From positions 4,900,001 to 4,964,000 of the forward strand of contig CM075994.1 of NCBI GenBank assembly GCA_038087875.1: DNA of 64,000 bases, in the 5' to 3' direction. Below are positions 10,358 through 23,930 of the stretch, piece after piece (within the stretch, counting starts at the first letter, position 1; each line of letters begins with the position of its first letter). A program made the translations under genes and the position numbers. This DNA is from Malacoraja senta (lineage: Eukaryota). The notes beneath the pieces were generated by a model. The model made no database searches and was not told the origin of the DNA. It saw only the letters and a program-made list of their open reading frames with translations.

Positions 10358-11769
10358 TAGCAGAATGAGGTAATTATTCTAATTAGCGCGGAACGCGTAA
10401 TGATTAAAACTGCAAGACAAGCCTATGCGGATGCTCGAACATTGGGCATTAACATAGAAGTGATAGCACTCAGCGGTTCAGGAAAATCCGTGTCCACCAG
10501 GCAGCGTCGATCCTGTCTGAAGAGAGGTATCGGCCGAAACGCTGTGTATTTCCTTCCATAAATGCTTCATAAAGCACTGAGCTCTTTGAGCACATTTGTT
10601 TATGAAATGCTTACTATTAAACATTTGGTGGTCCGAATTTCACATTGTAATTAGTCAGCATGGGTTAAACCCTGCAGCCTTCTGTGAAAATGCGCAGAAC
10701 GCAGCTGCATGTTTTTGGATGATATCTGACTCCGCCCCGATCACTCTTGGAAACGCGATCACTCCCCTCAACTTACAGCAAAGCCACGATGATAAATCAA
10801 GAATGGCATATCATTTGTTAGTATAGGTTAACCTGTAAAGATGAGGGCGTTTTGTTATGACTGCATGTTTATTTTAGATATTTTAAATAATGTATTTAAT
10901 TTGAAATTGCGTCTAATATTTTACTAATAATGATCGTTATTAATTTCGTTCTAAGTTATTTACGTGTTCCGCGTATTTTGCTTTATCGTGGACTTTAAAA
11001 AATGTGGACATATTATTTGACTAACTAAGATTTAAGGTCGACGAAATACACCTTCAGCTGGACATTTGTCCTTGCAACAGGTGGCCGAGTGCCTCCTTTT
11101 GAAGGGAAATTGAGTTTACTTTCACAGCATATATTGGGAACTGCGTGACAATGTTGCAGCATCCTTACGGTGCTTAGTATCACTTACCATTAGTAATCAT
11201 TGCCAACATATGTTATTATTGAATGGAACAACATTTTAAAATGTCCCATCATTTTCGCGCAACAGAAATCGTTAAGTTATCCAAAGTAAATTTAAGACAA
11301 GCGAAGAGCATCCGACTTCGGAACCACCTAAAGTGCATCGCAACTACAGAAGTAATAGATTTGATTTTGAATATACGGATTCGACCGCCCGTACTCGTGA
11401 CAATAAAATACTTTTGAAACCTTCGCACTTATTGCAAATTGCGGCGATCTGTATAATCCTAGCAAGTCGAAATCTGGGGCAATAACTTGTAGAAACCTTG
11501 TAAGCCTCCCCTTAGTTCATTATATATTTGAACATTTCATATATATGTGAGGTGAACTCTAGTAACGATGACACGGATTAAAATAGTGGGTAAGCTCAGA
11601 TCACGTGCCTCTGTTAACCATAAGTTGATCCATTGCCATTGATCGTTAAACTTGTTGTAGCGAGTGAACGATCAAAGAAACATAATGAGGACAACATATA
11701 TGACTGTACATCTGAGCAATTAACATTAAGGCAGAGGTGATTAAATTTGATAGATGAGTAAAGGACAAC

Positions 11770-11950
11770 CATTGGGTACAGGTATCTTAATATATTACGT
11801 TCAGTGTGGGAAGAGAGATCACTTGGCTGCCCTGTTGCCACAACCTTTCGACGACCACGCACAAGAAACAAAAGAAGCGCAAGAAGCGCAAGTCGCCCTT
11901 GTATGCAGATGTCGAGAAGTATGTACAGCTCTGGCTGAAACATTTCTAAT
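11770..11950 (+). pseudogene. Possible pogo/Tigger transposase CENP-B HTH relic
   Basis: One frame reads KKRKKRKSPLYADVEKYVQLWLKH, resembling the KR..R...Y.DVE..L..W motif of CENP-B-type HTH domains. Confidence 0.35.
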
Positions 11951-12241
11951 CTTGTGATGTAGACTCGATAAAGAAGACTTTCACTGAATCCAATGTATCA
12001 ATGAAGCATATTAAGTCGATCTAATCAAGAAACAGAGAGGTGGTGGGTATTTTTTTTTTAACAGAAACAATAGTCAAGAGTCAAGGGTGTTTTATTGCCA
12101 TATGTCCCAGATAGAACAAATAAATTATTGCTTGCTGCACCTCAACAGAATATGTTAACATGGCACACTGTGAAAATATGATGAACGAGAGAGGGAAACC
12201 AAAGTTCAGTGTGTATATATATATACACATGCTCACGAGTA

Positions 12242-12245
<4 letters not shown>

Positions 12246-12302
<57 letters not shown>
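12246..12302. repeat. (TA)n microsatellite
   Basis: Direct reading. Confidence 0.95.
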
Positions 12303-12312
<10 letters not shown>

Positions 12313-12689
12313 GTGTGCACTTTGAGTTACATTGAGTTAATTCCAGTACTCCAATGCCATTGATACGAGCATGGAGAGGTAAATGTAAGAACGGGTGGAT
12401 ATAACGCCCAAGGCCGTTTTTACAAAACTTAAATCACCTTTGCAATATAGTCATTTTCCACGTCAGAAATGTTCAATGATATTAGGGCAATCTGACTTTT
12501 TATATCTCAAAGATTGAAACATTCAAATCCGCGCATCTGCGTACCTGTATCTTTATCAGTTATTGCTTTTTCTGGCACGAAATGAAGAATACACATGAGT
12601 AATTTCAATCGATTCATTATTCATCAAGTTACCCACATATTATTCGCAATTGTATTGTGCAAGTTACCTGGATCGGTGATGGTGTCGCG

Positions 12690-13390
12690 ATCGTCCAGCG
12701 ATCAGCGGTCATGAGCGTGAGGGTGTTGGGGGGGGGTGGCGGAGGGGGGGTGTCGGAGGGTTAGACAATGGGGATTTGACGGCACCGTGAACTTCGACGT
12801 TGGCTGCTGTGGAAATTTGGAGGCAGCGTGAGCCTCGGCGACAATCGAAGGCTTGGCGGTGGTGGGGCCTGGGCGGCATCGGGAGCCTCGGTGACGTTGG
12901 TGACTCGCGATCAACCCGCGATAAACGGTTGATGAGCTTGAGGGGGAAGGGGATGACAATGGGATCCGGCGTGTGGGGACCGCCGTGAAGTCCAAAGCGG
13001 ATACGGCGTAGTGCGTCCGCGTAAAAAATAATGGGGATCCGGCGTGGGGTGGACGCGGTGAACAACAATGAGGACGCGGCGTGGAGGGACCGCCGTGAGG
13101 AACGGGTGGGAGAACAAAGGGGGACCCGGTGTGGGTGATGGGGAGCACTCTAGTTGTTGAATCCTCTGCCCAGGGGATAAGCCTGCGTTGGTTTGTTTGT
13201 TCGTTCCTTAGTTCTGGTTAAGGTGCTGTGCGCACGGCAGCCAGCCAACAGTCGCTTGTCTTTTTCTTCACTTTTTTCACATTTATTTTAATTTTTATTT
13301 CAGATTTTCGTGTACCTGGTGTTTTGTGACTTGTAAGACCAATCTCCCTCCGGGGATGAATAAAGTTTCATCGTATCGTATGGTATCGTT
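12690..13390 (+). mobile_element. LINE-derived 3' fragment with GC-rich internal repeats
   Basis: Repeats of gggatccggcgtg...accgccgtga. Ends with AATAAA and an (ATCGT)n-like tail. Family not assigned. Confidence 0.55.
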
Positions 13391-14049
13391 CATGCAAATA
13401 CTAAAATCCTAATATTGTTGTTATATGTATTTGCGTAGACAAAGAAAATAATGGCAGTACTATGTTTTTGTCCACGATAATATAAATGTTTGACATAAGC
13501 TAAATTAGCCAGTGTATAAACTCTCCAATTTTATATCAATTGGTTTAAAAGTTGTTAGTCTCGTATCGCTCTAATTGCTAAGAAATTTCCCTGTCTCATC
13601 AGTTGTACAGTGGTTTAAAGCTATAAATCATTGGTTGCTAATCAGATAGATATTCGTCTGAGCGGCGAATAAATAATAATTTAAACTGCATGACATGCTC
13701 GAATATTGGGCATAACCGTTAAAAGGCACAATCTTTTTACATGTTAATCCTGCCTTCTCTGATTGTGTGTGTTATCTTTGATTGTGAGCGCGTGTGCGAG
13801 AGTGTGTGTGTGCGTGTATGCCTGTGTGTATTATGAAAGGCAACTGCGCGCATATGATAACGGATAATCTGAATAATCTGAATGTGCTGCAAGCTCTGAA
13901 TGCAAAAGCCATGGCTATTTAGCCAATCATCTCCGTAAATACACACTGCACTACACTTCAATGTAAGAGTAAACTATTAACGGAAATGTGCAACTAATAA
14001 AGATGTTTGCATAATAATCGAATTAAGAGATGTATATGCGCTTGACACT

Positions 14050-14191
14050 TCTTCCTCTTCTTGCGTATGGCGTGCACAGCCTAAAGTTGTCGGACAACTT
14101 GTTCTATTTAATCATATTTGATTGTGCACGCCGGGTTGATTGCATTTGTCGAAACAGGACGGACCACGTGAAGGTTGCAATCTCCCACCCG
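14050..14191 (-). mobile_element. Short interspersed repeat, second copy
   Basis: Reverse complement of 10222-10357. Confidence 0.75.
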
Positions 14192-16879
14192 CCGCTTGGC
14201 ACTAAGATGAAGAAATGAAATATTTGAAACTTAAATTTCAATTTTAGCGTCCGTAATGTGCACAGCAGCAGTTATCACTGGTAACACTGTGTGAATGTTT
14301 TTTATTCCTGGTTACACCACAGTTTTTGTGTTATAATTTATCATCATGTTCGAGCGATAGCAGTCGATTAACCAACGGGTACGAGATAATTACATCCCAC
14401 AGAGGAACGAACGACAGTGGAGCATAAATGTATAAGTAATATCTTTGCATCTGCGTACGCGGCTATTGCGGTTATTAACACATTTCGTCTCCAAAATGAG
14501 TCGAGCAGTTTGATCTCATCAACTCATACACTGGACATTAACTTCAGCAATGTAAGACTATTTTCAGTTACTCATACACTTAACCAATACAGATATATAT
14601 GACACACATGAATTCTGGAAGGTGTACCACGTGTAAACATCCATTTTGTGATTGCTGATTAATTCTTACCTTTTGCGCTTTGCAACTTTATAATTTCTTT
14701 ATTAAAAAATAGAACGGAAATTTGGAAATTAAACTTTGCATTTCATGTTGACCGAAAAAGAGTAGTGTAGCCTCTTGTTCAATCTTGCCTTAGAACAATA
14801 TATCTTGCCATTAAAATATGTATCAATTGCTAGTGTAATTAGAACACGGAGGGGGAAATACTTTTTATATATACAACTTTGATAGTTGTCTGATGAAATC
14901 CTGCCTAACTCAGGATATATTCGTATATTCTCAATCATACGATATAAATCAATGTCAGCGTCGCAATGGCAGTATCACTGTGAGAATATGATTTGTACAA
15001 TTAATTAAAAAATAAAATTGGTTATATTTCACGTTTACACTAGTTGTAAATTTCTTTCCATCCCGGGTACATCTCTATTAAAGACAATATATCAGAGCAC
15101 CTATGCTGTATAGTTTAGTACAACGCGGTGTGCATATCAATACAATTTTGCTAAGTTAGTAAGTAAAGATCAACGATGCGCTCTGCGGTACGCGACCTCC
15201 CGAAGGTAGGTGACAGAGTTATACCTGCATTATTCAAAGCAAAAATCATGACAACAAGTGGGCATTAATGTTGACTATCGTGAAATTATTGCAGACTCGT
15301 GGGAGTAACCAAACCAAGTTAAGCAATTTAATCTTGCGGAACATTTCAAAGCGGAAATTAGCTACGGTTACAAATAGAGAAGCAAGTGAGGAACGTATGT
15401 AGCAAACATCGGAAGTCGGCAAAGGTAAGCGAAACTAACAACAAAAGGCCAGGCGTTGGCACTTCGCACGGAAATATTACTGGTAGTGAAATATTTTAAA
15501 AACGGAGCTGGAAATGTTGGTTTACCAAGGCAAGGCACAAAATGCTGGAGTAATTCAGCAGATCAAGCAGCATCCTTGAAAAACACAGAAACATGATGTT
15601 TTGGGACGGAGCCTTTGTTGCATTTTGCTACTGCTGTTACTTTTACAGTAAATATATCCTTGGCATTGAAAGCGCTAATTTAATGGCTGCTGCGATGCAG
15701 TGATTTCCATCAATTCATGGCAGAAAGTAATTTCGATCAAATTCCAATAGAACTTTGTGACGGTTTGCAAACAATCACTATTGAATACATTTGTCTACAA
15801 AAATTCTCTCGCATTTCCCTCATGCCTATTTGCAGATAATTCATTTTTTTATTTTCTGAGGAGACCTCGTTATAAAAGTTCCAGTTCCATGTTCACAGCG
15901 ACAGCAAAGGAAAATACATTAACATAATTGTAATCACCTTCATCTTTTCGCTGGAGCTGCTCTTCTGCATTTAAAAAATGAACAGTAATTTTATCATAAC
16001 AGTATAAATCGAGTTTACTGATTTATGAACTTTTTTCTATTAATGTTCTGAGTTAAATTATTCATATATGTTAGGTGATTGACTTTAGTTGTTAAGTTGT
16101 ACCATAATTTAAATAAAAAATTGATAATAAATAATAAATATACAAATGCGTCAATTCAACAACAAGCTATTACATGTTTTATTTCGTAATAACTAGCTAA
16201 GAGCCAACCGTTATAGGTAAAATACCATAACTTCATTTGGATATTAATAGATCATATTTGAAAGATCAAATATTCACTTCTGGTTCGTGTTGGTTGCAAT
16301 ATTAAATTGACGGCAGATATTACAAAGTATTTTTTTTCCCTCAGGGATTGCAGGTCAAATTCGAAGCAAACACGTTAACAGGAAACTGCTGGGGTCAGTC
16401 ATAATATTGCGATAAAATCAGCAGTAAATCAGACCCCCGCGGAACTATCCTGAGAAAAAAATGTTGGGGATATTTATTTCACGCAAAGGGTGGTTGGTGT
16501 TTGTAAAGGGCTGCAGGAGACGTAGTCGAGTCAGGAACAATTGCAAACTCAAAGACATACTTAGATAGGTAAGTGCGGAGGACAGGTTTAGAGAGATAGT
16601 AGACGAAGTGGGACCCGTTGTACACACGGGAGGGCTGGACCCCCGACGCAATATTCCACCTCTCCACCAATTCCAATATTGGTGGCCAGTGGAGGGAGGG
16701 GGCTTTCTGGAGCGCTGATATGGGTGTTGTTGGCTGCAGGGACTACTGGTCTCCAGAGGGCTAGTATGGGCATTGTGCGCCAAATGGATTCTTGGAGAGG
16801 CAGCCCAGTCCCTGAAGCGTGATGTGCTGGCAGCTCACTCACGGCTGGTGGGCTGGCAGTTGATTCATGGCTATTCCTT

Positions 16880-17526
16880 GAAATTCCATTTCAAGCAGAG
16901 TGCAAGGCCACCAAATTCAAATCCATTTTCCGACCTTTTCAAGCAGGATGCAAGGCCACCAAATTCAAGTGGTGATTCTTACGTCTTCGAGCAGGGTGCA
17001 AGGCCACAAAATTAAAGTGCAGTTTCATACCACTTCAAGCAGGGTGCAAGGCCACCAAATTCCGATGCAGTGTCCTACCACTTCAAGCAGGGTGCAAGGC
17101 CTCCGAATTCAAGTTTATTTCCAACCACTTTAAGCAGGGTGCAAAGCCATCAAATTCAAATGCATTTTCATACCACATCAAGCAGGTTGCAAGGCCACCA
17201 AATTCAAGTGTAGCTTCATACCTTTTCAAGGAGGGTGCAAGGCCACCAAATTCAAATGCAGTTTCCTACCACATCAACCAGGTTGCAAGGCCACCAAATT
17301 CAAGTGCAGTTTCCAACCACTACAAGCAGGGTGCAAGGCCACCAAATTCAAGTGCAGTTGTATACAATTTCATGCAGGATGCAAGGCCACCAAATTCAAG
17401 TGCAGTTTAATACCATTTCAAGGAGGGTGCAAGGCTACCAAATTCAAATGCAGTTTCATACCATTTCATGCAGGGTGCAAGGCCACCACATTCAAATGCA
17501 GTTTCATACCATTTCAAGCAGGGTGT
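16880..17526. repeat. 48-bp minisatellite, about 13 copies
   Basis: Unit ttcaagcagggtgcaaggccaccaaattcaagtgcagtttcataccac. gcagggtgca recurs at 16991, 17039 and 17087. Confidence 0.92.
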
Positions 17527-17917
17527 AACCATCATAAAACCACCATAAAACCACATAAAACACCATATTAACAATTCAGTAGACATTCAGTATGTTCAGT
17601 TGATTCACAGCTCAGACAGAGTTGTGACCACTCCCTCCCCCATCATGCAGAGACTGAGCCACACCCACACTTCCGGGTTTTATAATCCCTCCCCCTCCCA
17701 CCGGAAAGGTTGTGGCCTTCATGGCGTGATTGGCAGGAGAGAGATTCTCAACATTTTCTAAACCAAAATAACACTTTTATTTTTCGTTGATGGGAAGAAT
17801 CCTCTGCACCTGATGAGCGGAGCGGGGCTGAGTAAGATGGCCAAAAATCACAGCCGTAAGTGGTAGCATTTTATCTAAAATATTTATAGTGCAAACAGGA
17901 AGTTGTCAAGTTTAGCC

Positions 17918-19365
17918 AAACAACCCTTTGCACTGCCATTTTATTTCAATCCAAAACCCCCCAAACAACCCTTTGCACTGCCTTTTTATTTCATCCCAAA
18001 ATCCCCCCAAACCACCATTTGCAGTGCCTTTTTACTTCAACCCCCAAAAAAACCAAACAACCATTTGCACTGCCTTTTTACTTCAACCAAAACCCCCCTC
18101 CAAACAACCATTTGCACTGCCTTTTTACTTCAAGCCAAAACAAAACCAAACAACCATTTGCACAACGTATTTACTTCAACCCAAACCCCCCCAAACAACC
18201 ATTTCCACTGCCTTTTTACTTCAACCCAACCCCCCACACAAACAACCATTTGCACTGCCTTTTTACTTCAACCCCCAAAAAAACCAAACAACCATTTGCA
18301 CTGCCTTTCTACTTCAACCACCAAAAAAGCCCAAACAACCATTAGCACTGCCGTTTTACTACAACACAAACCCCCCCAAACAACCATTTGCACTGTATTT
18401 TTACTTCAACCCAAACGCCCCCTCCAAACAACCATTTGCACTGCCTTTTTACTTCAACCCAAATACCCCCAACTATTTGCACTGCTTTTTTACTACAACC
18501 AAAAAAAAAACCAAACAACCATTTGCACTGCCTTGTTACTTCAACCCAAAAACTTCCCAAACAACCATTTGCACTGCCTTTTTACCTCAACCGAACACCC
18601 CCCCAAACAACCATTTGCACTGATATTTTACTTCAACCCAAAAAACTCCCAACCATTTGCACTGCCTTTTTACTTCAACACAAACCCCCCCAAACAACCA
18701 TTTGCAGTGTATTTTTACTTCAACCCCAAAACCCCATAAAAAACAACCATTTGCACTGCCTTTTTACATCAACCGCAAAACACTCCAAACAACCATTTGT
18801 ACTGTCTTTTTACTTCAACCCCAATACCCCCCGAACAACCATTTGCACCGCCTTTTTACTTCAACCCAACCCCCCCCAAACAATCATTTGCACTGTCGGT
18901 TTACTTCAACCCAAAACCTCCTCAACCATTTGCACTGCCATTTTACTTCAACCCCAACACACCACAAACAACCATTTGCACTGCCTTTTTATTTCAACTC
19001 AACCCCCCCCCAAACAGCCATTTTCACTGCCTTTTTACTTCAACCCAACCACCCCAAACAACCATTTTCACTGCCTTTTTACTTCAACACAACCCCCCCA
19101 AACAACCATTTGCACGGCCTTTTTACTTCAACCCCCAAAAAACCCAAACAACCATTTGCTCTGCCTTTTTACTTCAACCCAAACCCCCCCAAACAACCAT
19201 TTGCAGTGCCTTTTTACTTCAACCCAAAAAACCCACAAACAACAATCTGCACTGCCTTTTTACTTCAACCCCCCAAAAAAACAAATAACAATTTGCACTG
19301 CCTTTTTACTTCAACCCAAAAAACAAACAAACAACCATTTGCAGTGCCTTTTTACTTCAGACCAA
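17918..19365. repeat. ~45-bp minisatellite, about 30 copies, with a variable A/C-run spacer
   Basis: Unit aaacaaccatttgcactgcctttttacttcaacc followed by a variable (A/C)n run. Confidence 0.92.
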
Positions 19366-21599
19366 CAATATTTTCATTTTCAAACCACATTAAGGGCACT
19401 CATAGTTGAGTAGACATGTGTTCGGTGTTATTCAGAGCTCAGAGAGACGTGAACCTCTCGCTTCTTCCATCTTGCAGAGACTGAGTGAGGCACACCACTT
19501 CCTGGTTTTATAGTCCCTCTCCCTCCCACCAGCAGGGGCAGCATGGATAATGGAAAATGTTTAACAAACATTCATATATTTCTGATTTTTCATCGATGGG
19601 AAAAATCCTCTGGGCCAGGAAGGCGGAGGGGGGCTCTGAGCGAGGTGGCCAAACATGATGGCCGTGAGTGGCGACGTTCTCTCGGAAATCATAGCACAGC
19701 GAGCCAACAGCGGTCAAGATCAGACTTTTAGTAATATAGATGTGCGAAATACAGGCAGGTGGGACGAGGATAGATTGGTCAAGTTGGCCGATGAGGGAAT
19801 GTTGGGCCGAACGGCCTGTATCCATGCAGAAAGATTCTATGACTCAAGTATTCCAAATACATGAAGTGTATCCATTTGACTGAATCGCACAAAAGACTGT
19901 TTAATCTGATGCATCAATTAACGTCGACTTGAAACTATCTCTGCATGCATCTCCACGGATACGGACGAGTTCGGTTTAATCCGGCTGACCTTCCATCTTC
20001 TTGATATATCGACTATTATTTCTATGTACGAATGCGTCAGTACTATCTCTTCGTAACTGTCTGCACCTCTGTCTATAGATGTGTGCACGCATTTGCCTCC
20101 CTTTAATCAGCCTGCCTGATAGCTGTCCACTTGCTCAATATATCAAAATGTGGATCAATGGAGAATCAGAAAATAAAGCTGGTGAAACCGTTTTAATATC
20201 ATATTGCCAGACAGTATTATAATATATTTTACCACAACACCAAAGTTGCCTCTCTCTATACGCATATGCACCTTAAAGCATACGATGAGATTCCCGTTTT
20301 GCGTGATATCTGACGCCTGCTACTTTGTGTCGAGATATATTGATCCAAAGACATACCTTTCTATTTGCATGTGTCCTTAAAGTTATCTCAGCAGTGGAAT
20401 AAGTCAATTGTTTAACATTGAGGTTAAACTTTTACACGATGATATTTTCTTATATAACATGTAACATTTCGAACATGCTAACCAACATCCTTCTTGAAGG
20501 CCTCTAGCACATCTTCACCTGCCGATACACAAGCATAATTTCATTTTCGTGACACATTGCGACACTAAAATGACATGTTTTAACCGGTTTCGCGATCAAC
20601 TTCACGATCAGTCCAATTTACAATTGAGAATCAGTTCAATTATACAAAAACCTTCGTAAGATTTCATTCTTGGCATTGTGTATACAAAACCGCTCTTCCA
20701 TGCGGACTACCCACAAGTTAAAAAATAATTTTCATTCCACAACGCTCACATGATTAAAATTATGCATTTATCGTCAATTATAAAGTATTTACAAATTCGT
20801 CAAAATCATATTTGTCTCAATGTAAACCTGTATTTTCTTTTCAAATGTATTTGAACAACATATCCCATGAAATAAGATGGGTTGGGGGGCAAATGTTGTT
20901 TGATATCGTCAGACACTGCGAGTCGGAGAAGATAGGAGTTTGGTGGCTCCAAGATCGATGGTGCGTGGTATTCGATAAACGTTGCCAAAGGCTGCAGCAT
21001 AGTAGACTGCGCATGGAAGTCAACAACGGAACTCTTTTGCAATGCTTGGTACCACGACAAATCTATCCTGCGCTATGAACGTCTGAATTTCAGGGTACCA
21101 GTGTGTTTTTAAAAGGGGATTGCTTGTTTTTATGGTTAAAATAGAGCAACAAACCAATATGTTGGTTGTAAATGATGTTCATTGTGTTTGTATCTAATCG
21201 GAAATTAACTAGTTATAAATGCAGGACTCAATAAATTAACATAGTTATTGAACACGCTTGCTCCAATTTTCACGATTGTTTCTAATGTCGAGTAACTGTC
21301 AGGAATTTGAAGCCTTTTGTGGAAATTGAAGTCTCAATCGTACCACCTAGAACGTGGAATGTGTATTTCAGTATGTAACCTTGAACTCATCGTTGTCATG
21401 ATGGCAAACGTAAAATTAAGGTTTATAATTTCCATCGAGTCTTTAGCTTACGCGTTAATTCAGTAGTTGATTTATCTTCTAAAAATATACAATATATAAA
21501 GGTAACGATTAATACATGTGTACTGTAGAGGCTGACCGGAGTGTATATAATTTCATGTCTGAACTATTCTGCGCGTTTTACCCTATGATCGTGATATTA

Positions 21600-21950
21600 T
21601 ATAAGATAAGATAAGACTTTATTAATCCCCTTATTCAGGGGAAATTCAGATGTCCTTGCAGCACACTAATAAAAATACAACATAGCGTTCAAAAAGAAGT
21701 TCAACACAAAAACATCCCCCCACAATGGTTCCCACTGTGGGGGAAGGCACAAAGTCCAGTCCCCATCCTCTTGTCCACCCAGAGTCGGGCCCACTGAGGC
21801 CTCCACAGTCCCGCCACGGCGCCCGATATTCTCGCCCAGGCTCCGAGATGTAACGTTCAGCGTCGTGAGAATATGGATTGTTTTCTGCAGCTTCCCAGTA
21901 CATCCTTGAAGACAGAGTATCATAATTCCTTGCCACTTATACGAACCGCT
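21600..21950 (-). mobile_element. LINE 3' fragment with short-repeat tail
   Basis: Tail reads ataagataagataag on +, next to tttatt (AATAAA on minus). Shares tgtgccttccccacagtgg...attgtggggg with 59040-59452. Confidence 0.6.
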
Positions 21951-22061
21951 GGCAAGACATTTTTTTTTAAATTGCTACGTTGTTTTATTTTTATTTTGTT
22001 GTTTCCAAACGTACAACGCCATGACAGGAGACAGTATAACGGGGATTAACATATAAACCTC

Positions 22062-23930
22062 GAAACATAGAAAATAGGTGCAGGAGGAGGTCATTCGGCC
22101 CTTCGAGCCAGCACCGCCATTCATTGTGATCATATATCTCCCCCTTACCTAACCAAACCCCTTGAGATAATCAGCTGCTCCCTTTTTTGCCGCCAAAGTG
22201 GATAACCTCAAATTTGGCTATATTATACTGCACCTGCCACGCATCTTCCCACTCACTCAAACTGTCCAGGTCACCCTACAACTTCCTGGTATCCTCTTCA
22301 CAGTTCACACTGCCACCCAGCTTTGTGTCATCCGCAAACTTTATAGTGTTGCTCTAAATCCCATCTTCCAAATCAGTAATATATATGGTATTGAGTTCCG
22401 GCCCCAACACCTAGCCTTGCGGTACTCCACTCGCTACTGCATGCCATGCCGAAAAGGACCCGTTCACACTTACACTTTGATTCCTATCTGCCAACCAATT
22501 TTCTATCCACGTCAACACCCTACGCCCAATACCATGTGCTCTAAATCTCCCGTGCGGGGCCTTTTCAAAGGCTTTCTGAATGTCTATATGCACTACATAC
22601 ACTGGCTCCCCTTCATCCATTTTACTTGTCACATCCTCAGAAAATTCCAGAAGATTAGTCAAGCATGATTTCCCTTTGATGACTTGGTCTAATGCTTTTA
22701 CTGCTCTCCCAATTCCCCATTATTACCTCTTTAATAATTGACTCCTGCATCTTTCCCACCACCGAAGTAAAGCTAACTGGTCTGTAATTCCCCGTTTTCT
22801 CTCTCGCTCTATCATGAAAAGTGGGATAACATTAGCTATACTCCAGTCCACATGAACTGATCCTGAATCTATTGAACTTTGGGAAATGATCACCAATGCG
22901 TCCACTATTTCAACAGCCACCTCCCTGTCGACCCTGTGATGCAGACCATCACGCCCAGTGAATTTATACTTCAGTCCCATTAGCCTACCCAATACGATTT
23001 CTCGCCTAATGAAAATTTATTTCAGTTCCTCTACCCCCTTGAATCCTCTCTCCTCAAGTACTTCTGGGAGATTGTTTGAGTCTTCCTTAGTGAAGACAGA
23101 TCCGAAGTACCTGTTCAACCCTTGTGTCATTTCCTTGTTCGCCATAATAATTTCACCCTTGTCTGCCTTCAACGGACCCACAATTGACTTTGCTATTATT
23201 TTCCCTTAACATATCTAAATAAGCTTTTACTGTCATTCGTTTTATTCCTGGCCAGCTTCCCCTAATACGTCATTATTTCAGTCCGTATTGCCCATTTTGT
23301 TTCCTTTTGTTGTCCTATGGAAGTTTCCCAATCCTCTGCCTTCCGGCTACTCTTTGCTATGTTATATATCTTTTATTTTTGTTTTATTCTATCCCTAACT
23401 TCTCGTGTCAGCCACGGTTGCCTCCTGCTCCTCTTAGAATCGTTCTTCCTTTTTGGAATGAAATGATCCTGCGTCTTCCCGATTATGCCCAGAAATTCCT
23501 GCCATTGGTGTTCCACCGTAATTCCTGCTAGGATCCCTTACCAGTCTACCTGGCCAGCTCCCGTCTCATGCCTTCCTAGTCCCCTTTGCATCACTGATAT
23601 TTCCGATTTAACCTTCTACTTCTCAAATTGCTGATTGAAACTAATCATATTATGATTACAACCTCCAACCAGTTCCTTTACCTCCAGTTACCTTATCAAA
23701 TCTGGTTCATTGGCAACTCTAAATCCAGAATTGCTTTTTCTCTGGTCGGCTCCATTATAAACTGCTCTAAGAATCCATATCGGAGGCACTCTACAAATTA
23801 TATTTCTTAGGGTCCTGAACCAACCTGATTTTCCAATCAACCTGCATATTGAAAACCCCATCACCACAGTGGCATTAGATATGTTACATGCCAGTTTAAA
23901 CTCATGCTGCAACTTACACCCTGCACCCGA
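22062..23930 (-). mobile_element. Decayed, internally deleted CR1 LINE
   Basis: aaacatagaaaataggtgcagg 3' end. RT remnants TNLLEFSEDVT...DIQKAFEK...SGVPQG. EN remnants near 23600-23920. Confidence 0.88.

Larger units (their letters stand above)
16599..19740 (-). mobile_element. Non-autonomous composite Helitron with two minisatellite arrays, inserted in an old CR1 3' end
   Basis: On the minus strand it starts A|TCTATATTACT at 19740 and ends ...caacgggtcccacttcgtCTAC|T, a degenerate form of the hairpin+CTAG end seen at 41222 and 44543. Flanks rejoin as CR1 3'UTR-like gagagata|tgtgcgaaatacaggcaggtgggac. Confidence 0.8.

Noticed and set aside
11850..11940. RNKR furin-like site suggesting a TGF-beta family mature domain
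   Set aside because: No cystine-knot cysteine pattern, and an early stop.
14320..14410. RSS-like nonamer with 12-bp spacer and J-segment-like text (also a CACAGTG at 42813)
   Set aside because: Poor heptamer or nonamer, no FGxG/WGxG motif and no splice donor; an antigen-receptor locus is not supported.
17903..19413. Long overlapping ORFs (up to 341 aa) and a superficial CRISPR-like repeat/spacer look
   Set aside because: Minisatellite open in all three frames. The spacers are only short A/C runs rather than unique sequences, there are no cas genes, and the context is eukaryotic.
20806..21078. Overlapping 84-88-aa ORFs in non-repeat DNA
   Set aside because: No recognisable domain on either strand and no convincing splice-site pair.
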